From Perna viridis (lineage: Eukaryota), in the NCBI GenBank assembly GCA_037379345.1, contig CM074524.1:32621644-32685643 (forward strand): 64,000 nt of DNA, in the 5' to 3' direction. This document shows positions 36,901 through 50,100 of the stretch, in pieces (positions within the stretch are counted from its first letter, which is position 1; each line of letters starts with the position of its first letter). A program made the translations under genes and the position numbers. The notes under the pieces are model-generated. The model saw nothing but the letters and a program-made list of their open reading frames with translations, did not search any database and was not told the DNA's origin.

Positions 36901-38548
36901 AACTAGTTATTTTTCAAGCTCATATGAACAACAGGAATTAGCTCACTTGAACAAATGTTTACACACAAATGCTAATTTAATAGTTGTCTCCCTTTTTAGA
37001 CAGGCAATATTAAATTTCATCATTAACTATTCATAAATACTGTACTAATACAATGATAGCAGAATTTACTTGCACATAGTATAATAGTTTCAATTACACT
37101 TCAATCTTTTCTAGTAAAAACAAAACATTTAAAATAGATAGGACTTTCCTGAATGTGGATATTAAAGAAATTATCTTTTCTTTCACAATAATAATTGGTG
37201 TCCTTACTTTATGTAACTTTTGGAAGGAAAAGTGATAGGTCATATTAATAAGTTGACATACATTTTGAAACCCTTAGGAAACAAATATGGTTATAATTGA
37301 GTACTTGGTGGACTAAATGCCTGTCTGAATGAATTTCTTGTACAGTTATTATCTTGTGTACAGTTTTCTTTTGTCGAGTAAAGTAAATGATTTGAGTGAG
37401 GACTGTCAATTTCAGCCAGATTCTCATACATGAAACATCCATTACAACTAAAGCATTCAGTTATATATTATTAAGTGAAATGTTGAGCTTGTTTTATGGA
37501 TACTACAATTTCAGTTGTTTGACATTTTTGCAATATTAACTTAATAAATCTTTTATATACAGAAGTCACAAGTTAGTTTAATGTATTTAATTGTAAGTTT
37601 TGTAGTTTCTTTGCAGATCAGGAAATTATTTGTGTGTTGTGTGTCTTCTATGTTGTGTCTTTGTCACCTTAATTGATTTAATAGGACCACAAAATTTCTC
37701 ATCCTGTGTACTCACATGACTGACATGTGCCTGTCACCAAATCACATGACCATGTCACATGATCAGCACCAGTGATCCTTAACAGGTTTGTAGGACCTTA
37801 AGGCCATTACAATATTATTCCATGATGCTTGCTATTTTCTTTGAAGACTTCATAATACATCCTGATCCTAAAATGTTGTTGTTAACAAGGCAAATTTTGT
37901 TTTCTCATTTTTTTTATTTCCTTATTTTAATTTTTAGAATACAAAAACTGAGGGATACAAATTGTGTCTTTAACCATGGATTTGTATTGTATTGGTCTAG
38001 AACTATGTCTTAAATTAATTTATTGTTTTGCTGCCCTTTTAGTTAAATTTGGCTAACCAATTATTCTTTAATAATTTTCAATCAAAAGCAGTTTAAAAAA
38101 AAACTGATTATACCCCACTCATTAGAGAAGGGGATATATTGCAATCACTTTGTCTGTCAGTTCTTCTGTCTGTAAGTTACAGTTTGTAGTAACACATATC
38201 TCTGCATTTATCTATTGGAGGATAAAGATGTTTGGTGTATTGTTTAACATGATGACATGTACCATGCGCCCCTTTCCAGGTTTGACAGAAATGGTTGAGT
38301 GAGGATATAACTAGCATAAGACTGTGTGCAAGATCTCATTCTTAATGATGTAGGAAAAGATTGATCTAAAACATTTTTTTTTTGGTTTTAAATAATTTCA
38401 AGAAATTTCTTAAAACTGTATTATATAAAGTAAATGAATCCTACAAAAAATTATTGTAAATTTACATAAACAGATGGAATTATTGATGGCAATAACATAA
38501 TAAAATATAGTTGGATCAAGATGTTTTAAATGATTTAAACCTTTTTAG

Positions 38549-41500
38549 ATAATGATGAGGACCTTAATATCAGAGGAGAAAGATGTGATGAGGACGATCC
38601 TGGTTGGTCAGATGTTGAAGAAGCGGAAGCAATAGTTTCAACCCCAAAACGTAATAGAAAACTCAGACCAAAAACTCCTGTAGTTGAATGGGATGATGAA
38701 AAGGAAGAGGCAATTATTTCACGGAATAAAAATGATGAGACAGATAGCAAAAGAAGAGTCCATTTTGATGAGGCTGTTGAATGTGTTGCTGCATCAGATT
38801 CTGAAGATACCATCGGAAATAAGGAGGATGCAAATAATACAAAAGAATGTAACAAGGGGAGAGAATCAAAGATGAAAGTGAGAAATTTGTCAGATGAAGA
38901 GGATACTTGTGATGAAGTTTCTGACATTGAAACTGATCCAGACTCTCCTAGGAGGAGATATGATTCCCCTCGGCACTCCAATATGAAAGATTCAAAAGTA
39001 AAGAAGTTACAGAGGCAGGACCCTGAGCAACAGTATAGTGATGACTTTGACTCTGTCTCTGAGAGTTCAAACTCCACTGTGGCAAAAAAAGGTCAGAGTT
39101 CAGACTTATCGTCTGCTTCAACTGAGTCATTTTTTAAGAAAACTGGTGAGTGTCAGATGCATGAAGCCCAGCATGATACAAAATCACTATCATTGAAAGA
39201 TGACACTCCCCTGCCTGTTGATGTTGTGTCACCCTTGTCAACTAAAGATAAAAATACTGACCCTGTTACTCCCTTGCACCTGAATATTACTGGTGTTGAT
39301 AAGAAAGATCTGGCTTATTCCAATAAGAAAGAAAAGACTGTTATTATTGAAGAAAAATCTGCTGATCAATATGAAATTTGTCAATATAGTGATGAGGAAG
39401 ACTCTAACATGGAAATGAGAAAGGGTGAACCCATGTCTATTACATTTAGTGAAATGAATATTATAGGGCCCCTTGCAACATTGTTGGTAAAGGTCAGAAG
39501 GAAAAGGCGGGAAAAGGAGCAGAAGAAGTCAAGAAAGCAGTTGCTGATTATGATAGATGAAAGTGAAACTGACAACTCAAGTCATGCAAGTATGGAGGAT
39601 GTAAATGTTGACAATGAACATACTTTGACCAAAGTTGAAGAATTTGCACCAATGGATGAACCGAACAAAGATGTTGATCCTAAAGTTAATACTAAAACCA
39701 CTGTGGATATATTTGATGACCAAATTGTACCTATCACTACAGGAAGAGATAGTCAAAGCAGTGTGGAAGAAAAAGAAACAGATGGGTCTGTACCAAAAAC
39801 AGATGGTTGTCAAGCTAATATAAAACCAAGTAGTGGATCTACAACTAATAGATCTGAATCTGAAGGTACAACTGAATATGGTGAAACATCAGAAAAAAAA
39901 TTATGCCAGGGAAGACTGAAACCCATTGATACCACAAAACCCAAAAGACGCCCTTTGCAGAGGTCACACCGAGTTGAAGTATCTGATTCCTCGCTTTCTA
40001 GTGTGTGCAGTACAAGTGAGTCCTCAAAAAGACCAAAAAGAACAAAAGTCAAAGTTCAGACCAAAAGTCCTGAAAAACAAGAAACACCTGTTCAAAAGAC
40101 AAGGGTTCAGCCTTATGAATTTGGTGTTGAGAGTGTTAAGTATAAAGAGCGAGTTAAGAAAGATCTGATCAGTGACCACTTTGATGGTGACAGAGTGACA
40201 ACAGCGACTGTTGCATATAGTAAAGAGAATGTTGTGCCCGAAAAGAGCACCAATGTTAGATTCATCAAGCCAAAATACCTACAAAGGGAATATGATGACC
40301 AAGAACCCAAAAGACCTGTCATGATGGCTAAGGTTGTAAAGGAAGAACCAAAAAGGGAAGTCACTCCCCCTCTTGAGGATGAATTTTTACGTAACATGAT
40401 CCAGAGCACTTTTGATGAGTCTTATGAGGTGACTGATGATGCTAGTGTTATTGATTTAGATGAAGATTTATCAATCTCAGAGATATGTGATACTCTTTCT
40501 AATGACAAGTTATCTGAAACATTTGCACAGATTATTGAAGATAGCCCTGACACTGACAAGCCAAGTGATAAAAAGGTTGTAAAGAAGAGTGAAAACATTT
40601 CAATTGCATCAGTTCCTGCTACAAAGGCTTCTGGGAAAGATCGGGTTTATTCTTCAGAAAAGGATATGTCAGGTAAAGCCCATCTCTTTGTAGAGGTTTC
40701 AGAAGATATTGAAGAGATATCTTTAGATGGTCAACCAAGTAAAGGATCTAATGACCCCACGGAGGTAGAGGAGACAAAGCTTGAATCAGAAATCAAAGAT
40801 AAAGCTGTTGCTAATAGGTCATCAAAGAAGGAAGAAGATGAAAATCAGAAAATGAATGGGCATCCACAAAAATTACCTGACATGCACCAAAAAGACCAAC
40901 CTTTTGTCATACAACCAGTGAAAACTAAAGACAAGAAAGTTGTTACATTTGATGAAAATCCTGAAACTTATGAAATTGAAAGAAGGGATAATGCTAGCCC
41001 TCCAAACAGGGGTAAAATGATAGTTGTCCATAATACATTCTCTGTCAATACTGATAACTATTGTCAAAATGAGTTGAATATTATTAGCAATACAGGAGAT
41101 GGTCAAAAGAGTAGACATTTGTCTAATAGACCAAATCAAGATTCTATTGCTATGGTTGAACAGAGAGTTCACATTAACCCAGATAAGCCAGTCAATATCA
41201 GACTTAAAGCAGAGGTCATGAAAGAACCTGGAGTTGCCTCCCCTGTTCTTAATAACAAAAAGTATGTGGAGTCATCAGCTGATTTCTTTGATCAAGATGT
41301 TCCAGATGATCCTTTACCTTGTATTGAATCAAACCCAGCTTTAGTAATCGGGAAGGATCAAACCAATTTAGACCAGAACAAAAGTATTGAGAACACTAAT
41401 GGAGTTTTAGCTAGATCAAATGTTGTTGAATTGAATGGAGATAAACAAGCTGATCAATTCAGATTTAAAGAAACTGACCAGAACAGAAACATGGATGATG

Positions 41501-44500
41501 TAGGATTTGAAGAAGTTGATGGAGATGATACTCAAACTCATGATATAAAGAAAGTTCAAGAGGTCGCCAAATCTGCTGTTGTTACTGATAGATTGACAAA
41601 AGATTCAAGCATACCTCAACCATGTGACTATAAATCCTATATGGATGAAGCAATTGAAAATGAAATTGAAATACAAGAGGAATTTACGAAGAAAGTTAGT
41701 GCTGATATTGTCCAAGATCTTGATGGGCTAATAGATGAACTTAAATCAAAACAAAAAGTTAAAGATCTTGATGAAGGTATTATGACTGAAGAGAAAATGA
41801 GGGAGAAAGGAAGAGCTGATATAGTGCATGATCTAGATGGCCTTATTAATGAACTTGAAACTAAAGGACTTGTCCAAGATTTAGATGGATTGATAGAAGA
41901 GTTAAGATCAAAAATTTCTCCTGAAGATGAGAAAGGAATTCAGGAACAAGATGCTGAGAATATTCCGAAGCCATTTATATACCAGAAATATTCACCTGAT
42001 AGCAGTGGGGAAGATATTGTGAAAGAACTTTGTGTCAAAACTAAATCAGTTTCAAGTTCAGAAGGTGTTGGAAAAGATGAATCTATTAGCAAAGAAAAGG
42101 ATGCTACTGGAGAGTCAAAGGAGCAAGTAGAATTATCAGGGAGTCCAAGAGACACCAGCCACGATATTATAGACAGGAGTGACATTCCTGACAATATATC
42201 TGTAACTTCCAGCGTTGTGTTAGAATATGTCAACAATGTGATAGCTGAAGTAAAGAGCGAGGAGGAGTTATCAACAGGAAAGAAAGAGGTAACAATGCCT
42301 GATGATGACAGTAGAAAGTGGGATACACCTGGCAGTACTCGACGGTCCTCTGGGGTATATTCTTCTTCATCAACAGCTGTAGAGGCATACATCAGTGACA
42401 TCATAACAACTGCAAAAGGTGTTCTGTCTAATGCTGATGAAGCAATATTTATGGATGCTCCAAAGCAAGACTCTGAAGTAACATCTTCAAAGAGGACCAT
42501 GTCAGTGTCTACAGAGGGTGGTAAATCAGCCTCATCCACTGTAGTAGGGGAATATGTCGATACTGTATTAGAAAATGTTAAAGATGACCTAGAGATTTCT
42601 GGTTCACCTGGTGCTTCAAGGAAAGAAGTACAAGAATGTATATCTCAGCAAGAACAGAGTGATCTTGATGCATCAGTTTCCTCAACAGAGGTGCTTAACT
42701 ATGTTGAAGATATTGTTCAGACGGTTAAGGTTAATCTAGAATCTGAGAAAACTGTCAAGACTGAAGAGGACAGTTTAGATAAAAGGACTAATGACAGAAT
42801 ATCTAGACCTTATACTTCTGATCCTACAATTCTTCAAAAATCTGAAATGAACATCATCGGAGAAACACATTCTTCTCCTGAAGTTGAATCCAATGTAAAA
42901 ACAGAATGTGTGCCAAACAATGTAGAAATCTCTAAAAAGAATTTAGATATTGAACATGCCAAAGAAGGTAAAACACCATTGAATGAACAAAAAGAAGAAA
43001 TTAAGGTTGTTGAGCCAATATTTTTGACTGAAAGTAACGTGGATGATGTAGAGACTGTAGATCCTAAAGTAATAGAATTAGGACCCATTATAACAGTGAA
43101 ATCAGAGACTCCACCTATTACAACAGCAGAACCACAATCCATTACAACAACAGAGACTCCACCTATTACAACAGCAGAAACACAATCAATTGCAACAACA
43201 GAGACAAAGCCTATTACAACAGTAGAACCAAAACATATTTTAACAGCAAAGACGGAGCCTATCCCACCAGCAGAGACAAAGCCTATTACAACAGCAGAGA
43301 CTCTGCCTATTACAACAGAAAAGACTCTGCCCATTACAACAGAAGAGACTCTGCCTATTACAACAGTAGAGACAAATCCTATTACAACGGTAGAATTAGA
43401 GCCTGTTGCGGCAGAACAAACAGAACCTGTAACAATAGAACAAGCTGAGACTGTTGTAGCAGTAGAAACTGGCAGTAAAAATCAAGTTGGTAAAATGAAG
43501 AAGAATAATGAAAAGTTCCCAGATAAGGCAATGATAACTGAACTTATCATTGAAAAGGAGCGTGGTAATGTAGAACTAGTCCCTGGAGATGTTGTTGGAC
43601 CTGTTGAGCTGGTGGTATTAGAGACAGGGATGATAGGGAGTCTGCCAGTTTACCTTAACCTTGACTCAAGTTCTAATGATTCAGTACAAGCTTCTAGTTC
43701 TCTAAACAATAGTACTGAAAATACAAATGTCACAGAAATGAAATCTATTAAAGAAATCGATGGTGAGTTCGTGCCAAAATCAATCCTTAAAAAGACAACT
43801 ATGTCAAATAATTTGAATGAAACTGGCAGTGAAGCAATTCCTCCCATTGAACCACCAACTGGAATCAATACTGCTGCTGAAACAACAGATGATGCAAAGC
43901 AGTTGGTTTTAACAACAAATGATATGACTACAACAACAACATATATTGAAGAAACTACTGAAAGGAAACCTGCTGAAACAAACACTTCTGATAAAGGTAT
44001 TGCTGAAGTAAAAATTGATTTTGAAACTACTGATGAAACAAAAATGGATGAAGTTGTCACTGAGACTGAACCTTCTGGTAAAGATTTATCTGATGTACAA
44101 CCATCCATTGCTGCTACAGTCGATGCACTATCACCCATTGATGCTACAACTAATGCACATCCGTGTGTTGAAGATAGAGCTGAAGCTATAAATTATATTG
44201 AGAATATTGATGGAATTTTAGCTACATCAAATGTAACTAAACTCAGGGGAGCTAACCCAGCTGATCAATTCAATAATAAAGAAGGTGAGCAGAACAGAAA
44301 CATGACTGAAGGAGGACTTGAAGGAGTTTCTACCAATGCTCAACCTGCTGTTGTAGCTACAAATGAAACAAAAACTTCTAATGAAGATGATATTGAAGCT
44401 AGACCTATTGAAGTTTATTCTAAGACGAAATTGTTGATTGAAGCTATTACTGATACACATCCTTCTGATGAAGCAACAACTGAAGTGCAGTCTTCTATTG

Positions 44501-47500
44501 AAACTACAACTGAAATAAAACCTTCTCTTGAAGATACAGTTGGGGCTAAATCACCCAGTGAAACTATTATTGAAGCAAAAACTTTTGACGCTTCTTCTGA
44601 AGCTGCTAATGAAACAAAACCAGTTGAAGCTATTACTGATACACATCCTGTTGAAGCTAAATCCGAAACAAAGCCCGTAGAAGCTACTTTTGAAACAAAA
44701 CCTGTTGAAGCTAATATTGAAACAAAACCTGTTGAAGCTAATACTGAAGCAAAGCCTGTTGAACCTACCACTGAAACAAAGCCTGTTGAACCTACCACTG
44801 AAACAAAACCTGTTGAACCTACTACTGGAACAAAACCTGCTGAAGCTACTACTGAAACAAAGCCTGTTGAACCTACTGCTGAAACAAAACTTGTTGAACC
44901 TACTACTGAAACAAAACTTGTTGAAGCAACTACTGAAACAAAACCTGTTGAAGCTACTACCGAAACAAAGCCTGTTGAAGCTATTACCAAAACAAAACCT
45001 GTTGAGGCTATTACTGAAACAAAGCCTGTTGAAGCTACTAATGATAGTAGACCTGTTGAAGCTAAATCTGAAACAAAACCTGTTGAAGCTATTACCAAAA
45101 CAAAACCTGTTGAAGCTAATACTGAAACAAAACCTGTTGAAGCTAATACTGATACAACGCCTGTTGAAGCTAGTACAGAAACAAATTCTGTTGAAACTAA
45201 ATCTGAAACAAAGCCTGTTGAAGCTAATAGTGAAACAAAACCAACTGATGCTACTACTGTAACAAAGACTGTTGAAGCTATTGCCAAACCAAAACCTGTT
45301 GAAGTATCAATTGAAACAAAACCTGTTGAAGCTAATACTGAAACAAAACCTGTTGAAGCTAATACTGAAACAAAACCTGTTGAAGCTACTACTGAAACAA
45401 AGCCTGTTGAAGCTACTACTGATAAAAAACCTGTTGAAGCTACTACTGAAACAAGACATGTTGAAGCTATAATGGAAACAAAACCTGTTGAAGCTACTAC
45501 CGAAACAAAGCCTGTTGAAGTTATTACCAAAACAAAACCTGTTGAAGCTAATACTGAAACAAAACCTGTTGAAGCTAATACTGAAACAAAACTTATTGAA
45601 GCTACTATGGAATCAAAGCCTGTTGAATCTACTAATGATAGTAGACCTGTTGAAGCTAAATCTGAAACAAAGCCTGTTGAAGCTATTACCAAAACAAAAC
45701 CTGTTGAAGCTACTATTGAAACAAAACCTGTTGAAGCTACTACTGAAAGAAAGCCTGTTGAAGTTAATACTGAAACAAAACCTGTTGAAGCTACTATGGA
45801 ATCAAAGCCTGTTGAGGCTTTTACTGAAACAAAGCCTGTTGAAGCTATTACCAAAACAAAACCTATTGAAGCTAATACTGAAACAAAACCTGTTGAAGCT
45901 ACTACTGAAACAAAACTTGTTGAAGCTACTACTGAAAGAAAGCCTGTTGAAGCTACTACTGAAACAAAACCTGTTGAAGCTGATACTGAAAAAAAGTCTG
46001 TTGAAGCTATTACCAAAACAAAACCTGTTGAACCTACTATTGAAACAAAAGCTGTTGAAGCTACTACTGAAACAAAACCTGTTGAAGCTACTACAGAAAC
46101 AAATTCTGTTGAAACTAAATCTGAAACAAAGTCTGTTGAATCTAATAGTGAAACAAAACCAACTGATGCTACTACTGTAACAAAGCCTGTTGAAGCTATT
46201 GCCGAACCAAAACCTGTTGAAGCATCAATTGATACAAAACCTGTTGAAGCTAATACTGAAACAAATTCTGTTGAAGCTAATACTGAAACAAAACCTGTTG
46301 AAGCTAATACTGAAACAAATTCTGTTGAAGCTAATACTGAAACAAAACCTGTTGAAGCTAATACTGAAACAAAACCTGTTGAAGCTAATACTGAAACAAA
46401 ACCTGTTGAAGCTAATACAGAAACAAAACCTGTTGAAGCTAATACTGAAACAAAGCCTGTTGAAGCTACTATTGAAACAAAGCCTGTTGAAGCTCCTACT
46501 GAAACAAAGCCTGTTGAAGCTATTTCGGATGCAAAACCTGATTATTTTGAAGATACAGTCATTGTTACAAAATCTGAAGTTGCAATAACTGAAACAAGAC
46601 CTACTGCCATTCATGAAACAAACTATGCTGAACATACAACTCATGAGTCACAACAGCCTGTTGAAATGAATAGATCAGATAATCATGAGAAAAATGAAAT
46701 GAGTGATGAATGGAAAAAAGTGAAAACAGTTCTTATCACGACTGGTTTAGCAGGGGGTATGGCCAGTATGAATAAAAACAAAAAAGATGATTCTGGGGTA
46801 GAAAATGCTATTGAATCCATGGCCATAGGAGCTGGTATAATGGGAGTTGTTGCCATGCCAACAGTTCCAGATAGTATAGAGCAAGACAAGATTCCAGAGG
46901 GGGATGAACATATAGTTGAGTCTATGGTAGTTGGTGCTGGACAAATTGGGGTTACAGCTGTACCTACTGTACCAGAGGCTGCTAAACCCATGAAGGAAGA
47001 AGGGACTATATCCTCCACCCCTAACAATGAATCTGCTGTTGTTGAGGCTGGTATCATTGGCATTGCAGCAGTTCCTGAGGTGACTGAAAAAGCTGAATCG
47101 GTAATAGAAAAGAAAAATAGCTCAGCCAATCATATTGTAGAATCTGTAGTTTTTGAAGCAGGCATCCTTGGAATAATAACAGTTCCTGAAGTTGTTGACA
47201 CAGTTGAATCAAGTCAAAAGCAGGAAGCCTGTCCAAATGACAGTATTGTAGAATCAGGAGTTCTTGAAGCAGGAAAGGTTGGGGTAATAGCAGTACCTGA
47301 AGTCCCTGAAAATATAGAAGCAAACAAGGCGGAACATTCTCAGCATCATGTTTTAGAAACTGCTCTTGCTGAAACTTACAAAGTTAGTGGGAGTGTAATT
47401 CATGTTGATGCCAATGATGTACAGAAAGTAAATGCTAATGCTAGAGCAAGTAAATCTGTACCAGAAAAGATCTTAATCAATAGTGAGAAGGTTACTGCTG

Positions 47501-48318
47501 CTGATGTTCATATTAATGATAATATACAGAAAGTTTTAGGTGGAACTGTTTCTAATTGTAAGGATGAAAATGAAGTTGACACTTCTGAAACTGATGTGAA
47601 GGTAGATTCTACTAAGGACAATGACATGCCTGTCATGTGCTCAACACCTAGGAGTGACACAGAAAATCTGTTTAGATCGGAGAGGACTGATAATGACAAC
47701 TGTGATACTGTTGATGGAGATGATAAAAATGTGAAAAATGAGGAGTTGTCAGCTGATCATGTCCCTGATATTATTGTCACATCACCTAAACTCCCTCCAA
47801 ATGAGGATTGTATTGTAGGTTTAGACCTTGAAAGGTCAACTCCAGGTGAAGGTCAGCATGAGTCAGAGAATCAAACTGACCAAGACCAAAATGAAGAAAG
47901 CTTTAAAAAAACTGAGAAAAAAGATTTGGAGAAAAATTCATCAAAAGTCATTGAGAATGCAGTGGACAATAATGATGAAGTCAGCAGTAAGGAAGCTGAT
48001 GACAAAAATATATCTGAAAAATATTCATCTTTGAAGGAAGCATCAAATGATGATGATGACTTTGATGCAATCTTGAATGAAATTGATGAAAAATTGGACA
48101 CAAGTGGTAAACAAGAACTTGCCAAACAACTTGAAGAGAAATTGTCAAATGACACAGGAAATGGAGAAGTTTTACTAACTAAACAGGAGTTTGAGTCTAT
48201 TATAGAGAGTGAAGCTGTGGTTCATATTGATAAAGAAACGTTAAAACAGATAAAATCAGCTGTTTATGATGTAGATGTGATGGATACAATATCAGAAGTG
48301 ACAACTGACTCTAAATAG
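38549..48318 (+). CDS. ERICH3: ERICH3 giant alternative terminal exon (9,770 coding nt; acidic, disordered, multiple repeat arrays)
   Basis: ttttag acceptor in phase 1; frame is open from 38551 into the 3148-aa ORF and ends at TAG 48316-48318; joining to exon 11 is inferred from phase. Confidence 0.8.
43085..43450 (+). repeat. Coding 33-bp (11-aa) tandem repeat, [ET]xPITTAE type, about 11 copies
   Basis: ETPPITTAEPQSITTTETPPITTAETQSIATTETKPITTV... Confidence 0.8.
44608..46525 (+). repeat. Coding 27-bp (9-aa) tandem repeat ETKPVEA[NT]T, about 70 copies
   Basis: unit GAAACAAAACCTGTTGAAGCTAATACT. Confidence 0.95.
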
Positions 48319-50053
48319 ATCTAAGTGTTCAGCCATTTTTTGCTTTATTGCTTGAATTGTGCACTATTTGTCTCATGCTGAAGAGGTTACACATGTCAAT
48401 TTTTATTTTATCATTTTAATACAAGCTCGTAGAAGTTTGTTAAATTTTCTTTGTAAGAAGTTAATAGATGTGGTAAAAATACAGATTGTTCTGCACATAA
48501 AACTGATAAGAACAATCACATTTTTAAGATAGTAGTCCTCCTTTTTTATGCCATTTCTTTAATGTGATTCAGCTGTTGACAATTAATCTTCAAGTCAGAT
48601 TCATTAATCTAGAAAAATCATAATTTTAAAACAACTCAGTAAAAAGTTTAAAGTAAAATGTGTAAGTACTGCTGGTTGTTTATTTTAAATGCTTTTCTTT
48701 GAATCTGTTCTTTTCCTAACTTTTATCAAAGTGTAAAAGATATTCAGATCATTAAAATTTTGATAGTTTTATATCTGGTTTGGTTTTTATGTGTTCTAGA
48801 ATGCTATGCATACTACTTGTAATTATGTCTTTGTGTTCTGTATCTGTAGTATCCACAATCACAAGTTAAACATTTCACTTGTTATATTCATTACATGTAT
48901 AAATTATGTCTCTTTCTCTTTTTCGTTATGCTGTTTCATAAAATGTCCTCATTTTTTTTCTGAACTCAAGTTTTGACCTGTCAAATCACTTGAAAATGAA
49001 GGTTTGAGGAAAAACTGAAGGATTTGAAGAAAATCACAATTTGAGATATTTTTATGAAACCAAGACCAGATGATCAACATGATGTTTTTATGTAGTGGTT
49101 ATTATTTTGAATTAAATGAATAGATATTACACATTAATAAGATAAAAATCAATCCCATTAATTTGAAATTGATGAATATATAAAAAAAAACTTGATTTCT
49201 AAATTTACAAAAAATTATCTACACAGACTTGGCATCATGTTGTGAATCTGGTTTCATTATTGTTGGAAATTACAATGTAGTGTGATTTGTTCAATTAAAC
49301 AAGTAGAGATATCTCATTAACAAGGCATTTCATGAAAAACAGCTTTTTTCTAAATGCCTTCTTCCTGGTTTTTTTATTCTTATTTTTTGAAGTGTTCAGC
49401 AACTAATGATCTATATTTCTGCAATTTGATTGGTCAATATTGATGAACTATCCATGAATACTTAATAATGCATTAAATTCCTTATTTAGATGTTTTCAAA
49501 ATTCCTATTTGTCCTGACCTTTCAATTGATTAGATCACAGAATTAAGTTCTGTTGTACAATAGTTAATTCTTGTTATTTGAGGTCTCTACACTGAGGGAA
49601 AAATCAGAAATGTTAATATAGGGAAACTACCTAATCTGATCAACTTCTAAATTGTCAAAAACAATGAATTATCTGTTTAATAGTTTTACTGAGTAGTTCA
49701 TAAACCAGGAAGATTCATTTTTTCTTGTACCAAGATGGCATATCTATAAACTTTGGAATTGTTCATGTAGGAGATTCTCCTTCATTTAAACTGTCTCATG
49801 TGGGAGATTTTTATGTAAAAGCAGATTTTTCGATTAATTTTATAGTGATTTTCTCAGAAAATATAGTCATTTTAACCAAAAACCTCCCACAAACCATACA
49901 TTTTTATGTGGGAGATTCTAAAAAAAATTTCATTGATTTTGTGGGTATCTTCCCCCTTAAACAGGTATGAGATAGATCAGATTAGACAAGTTTGACTCTT
50001 TCATTTTCTTTGTAAATTGACTAAAATATGCCACATCTTCATCCAATTTTCAG

Positions 50054-50100
50054 TAGTAGAAAAAGCCAAGAAGCCTGCAGATGACAGAGAAGATGAATAA
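50054..50100 (+). CDS. ERICH3: ERICH3 putative short alternative terminal exon
   Basis: tttcag acceptor; phase-1 reading VVEKAKKPADDREDE*; purine-rich island in AT-rich DNA. Confidence 0.45.

Noticed and set aside
44415-46644. 533-aa antisense ORF (VASTGFVS repeats) and Leu/Lys-rich alternative-frame ORFs
   Set aside because: Shadows of the 27-bp coding repeat, which lacks stops in several frames; no independent start or splice evidence
38872-48318. Treating the 3148-aa ORF as a stand-alone intronless gene, or as a viral or bacterial adhesin insert
   Set aside because: The frame stays open upstream of the ATG to a phase-compatible splice acceptor, there is no signal peptide, and its CpG depletion matches the host gene body
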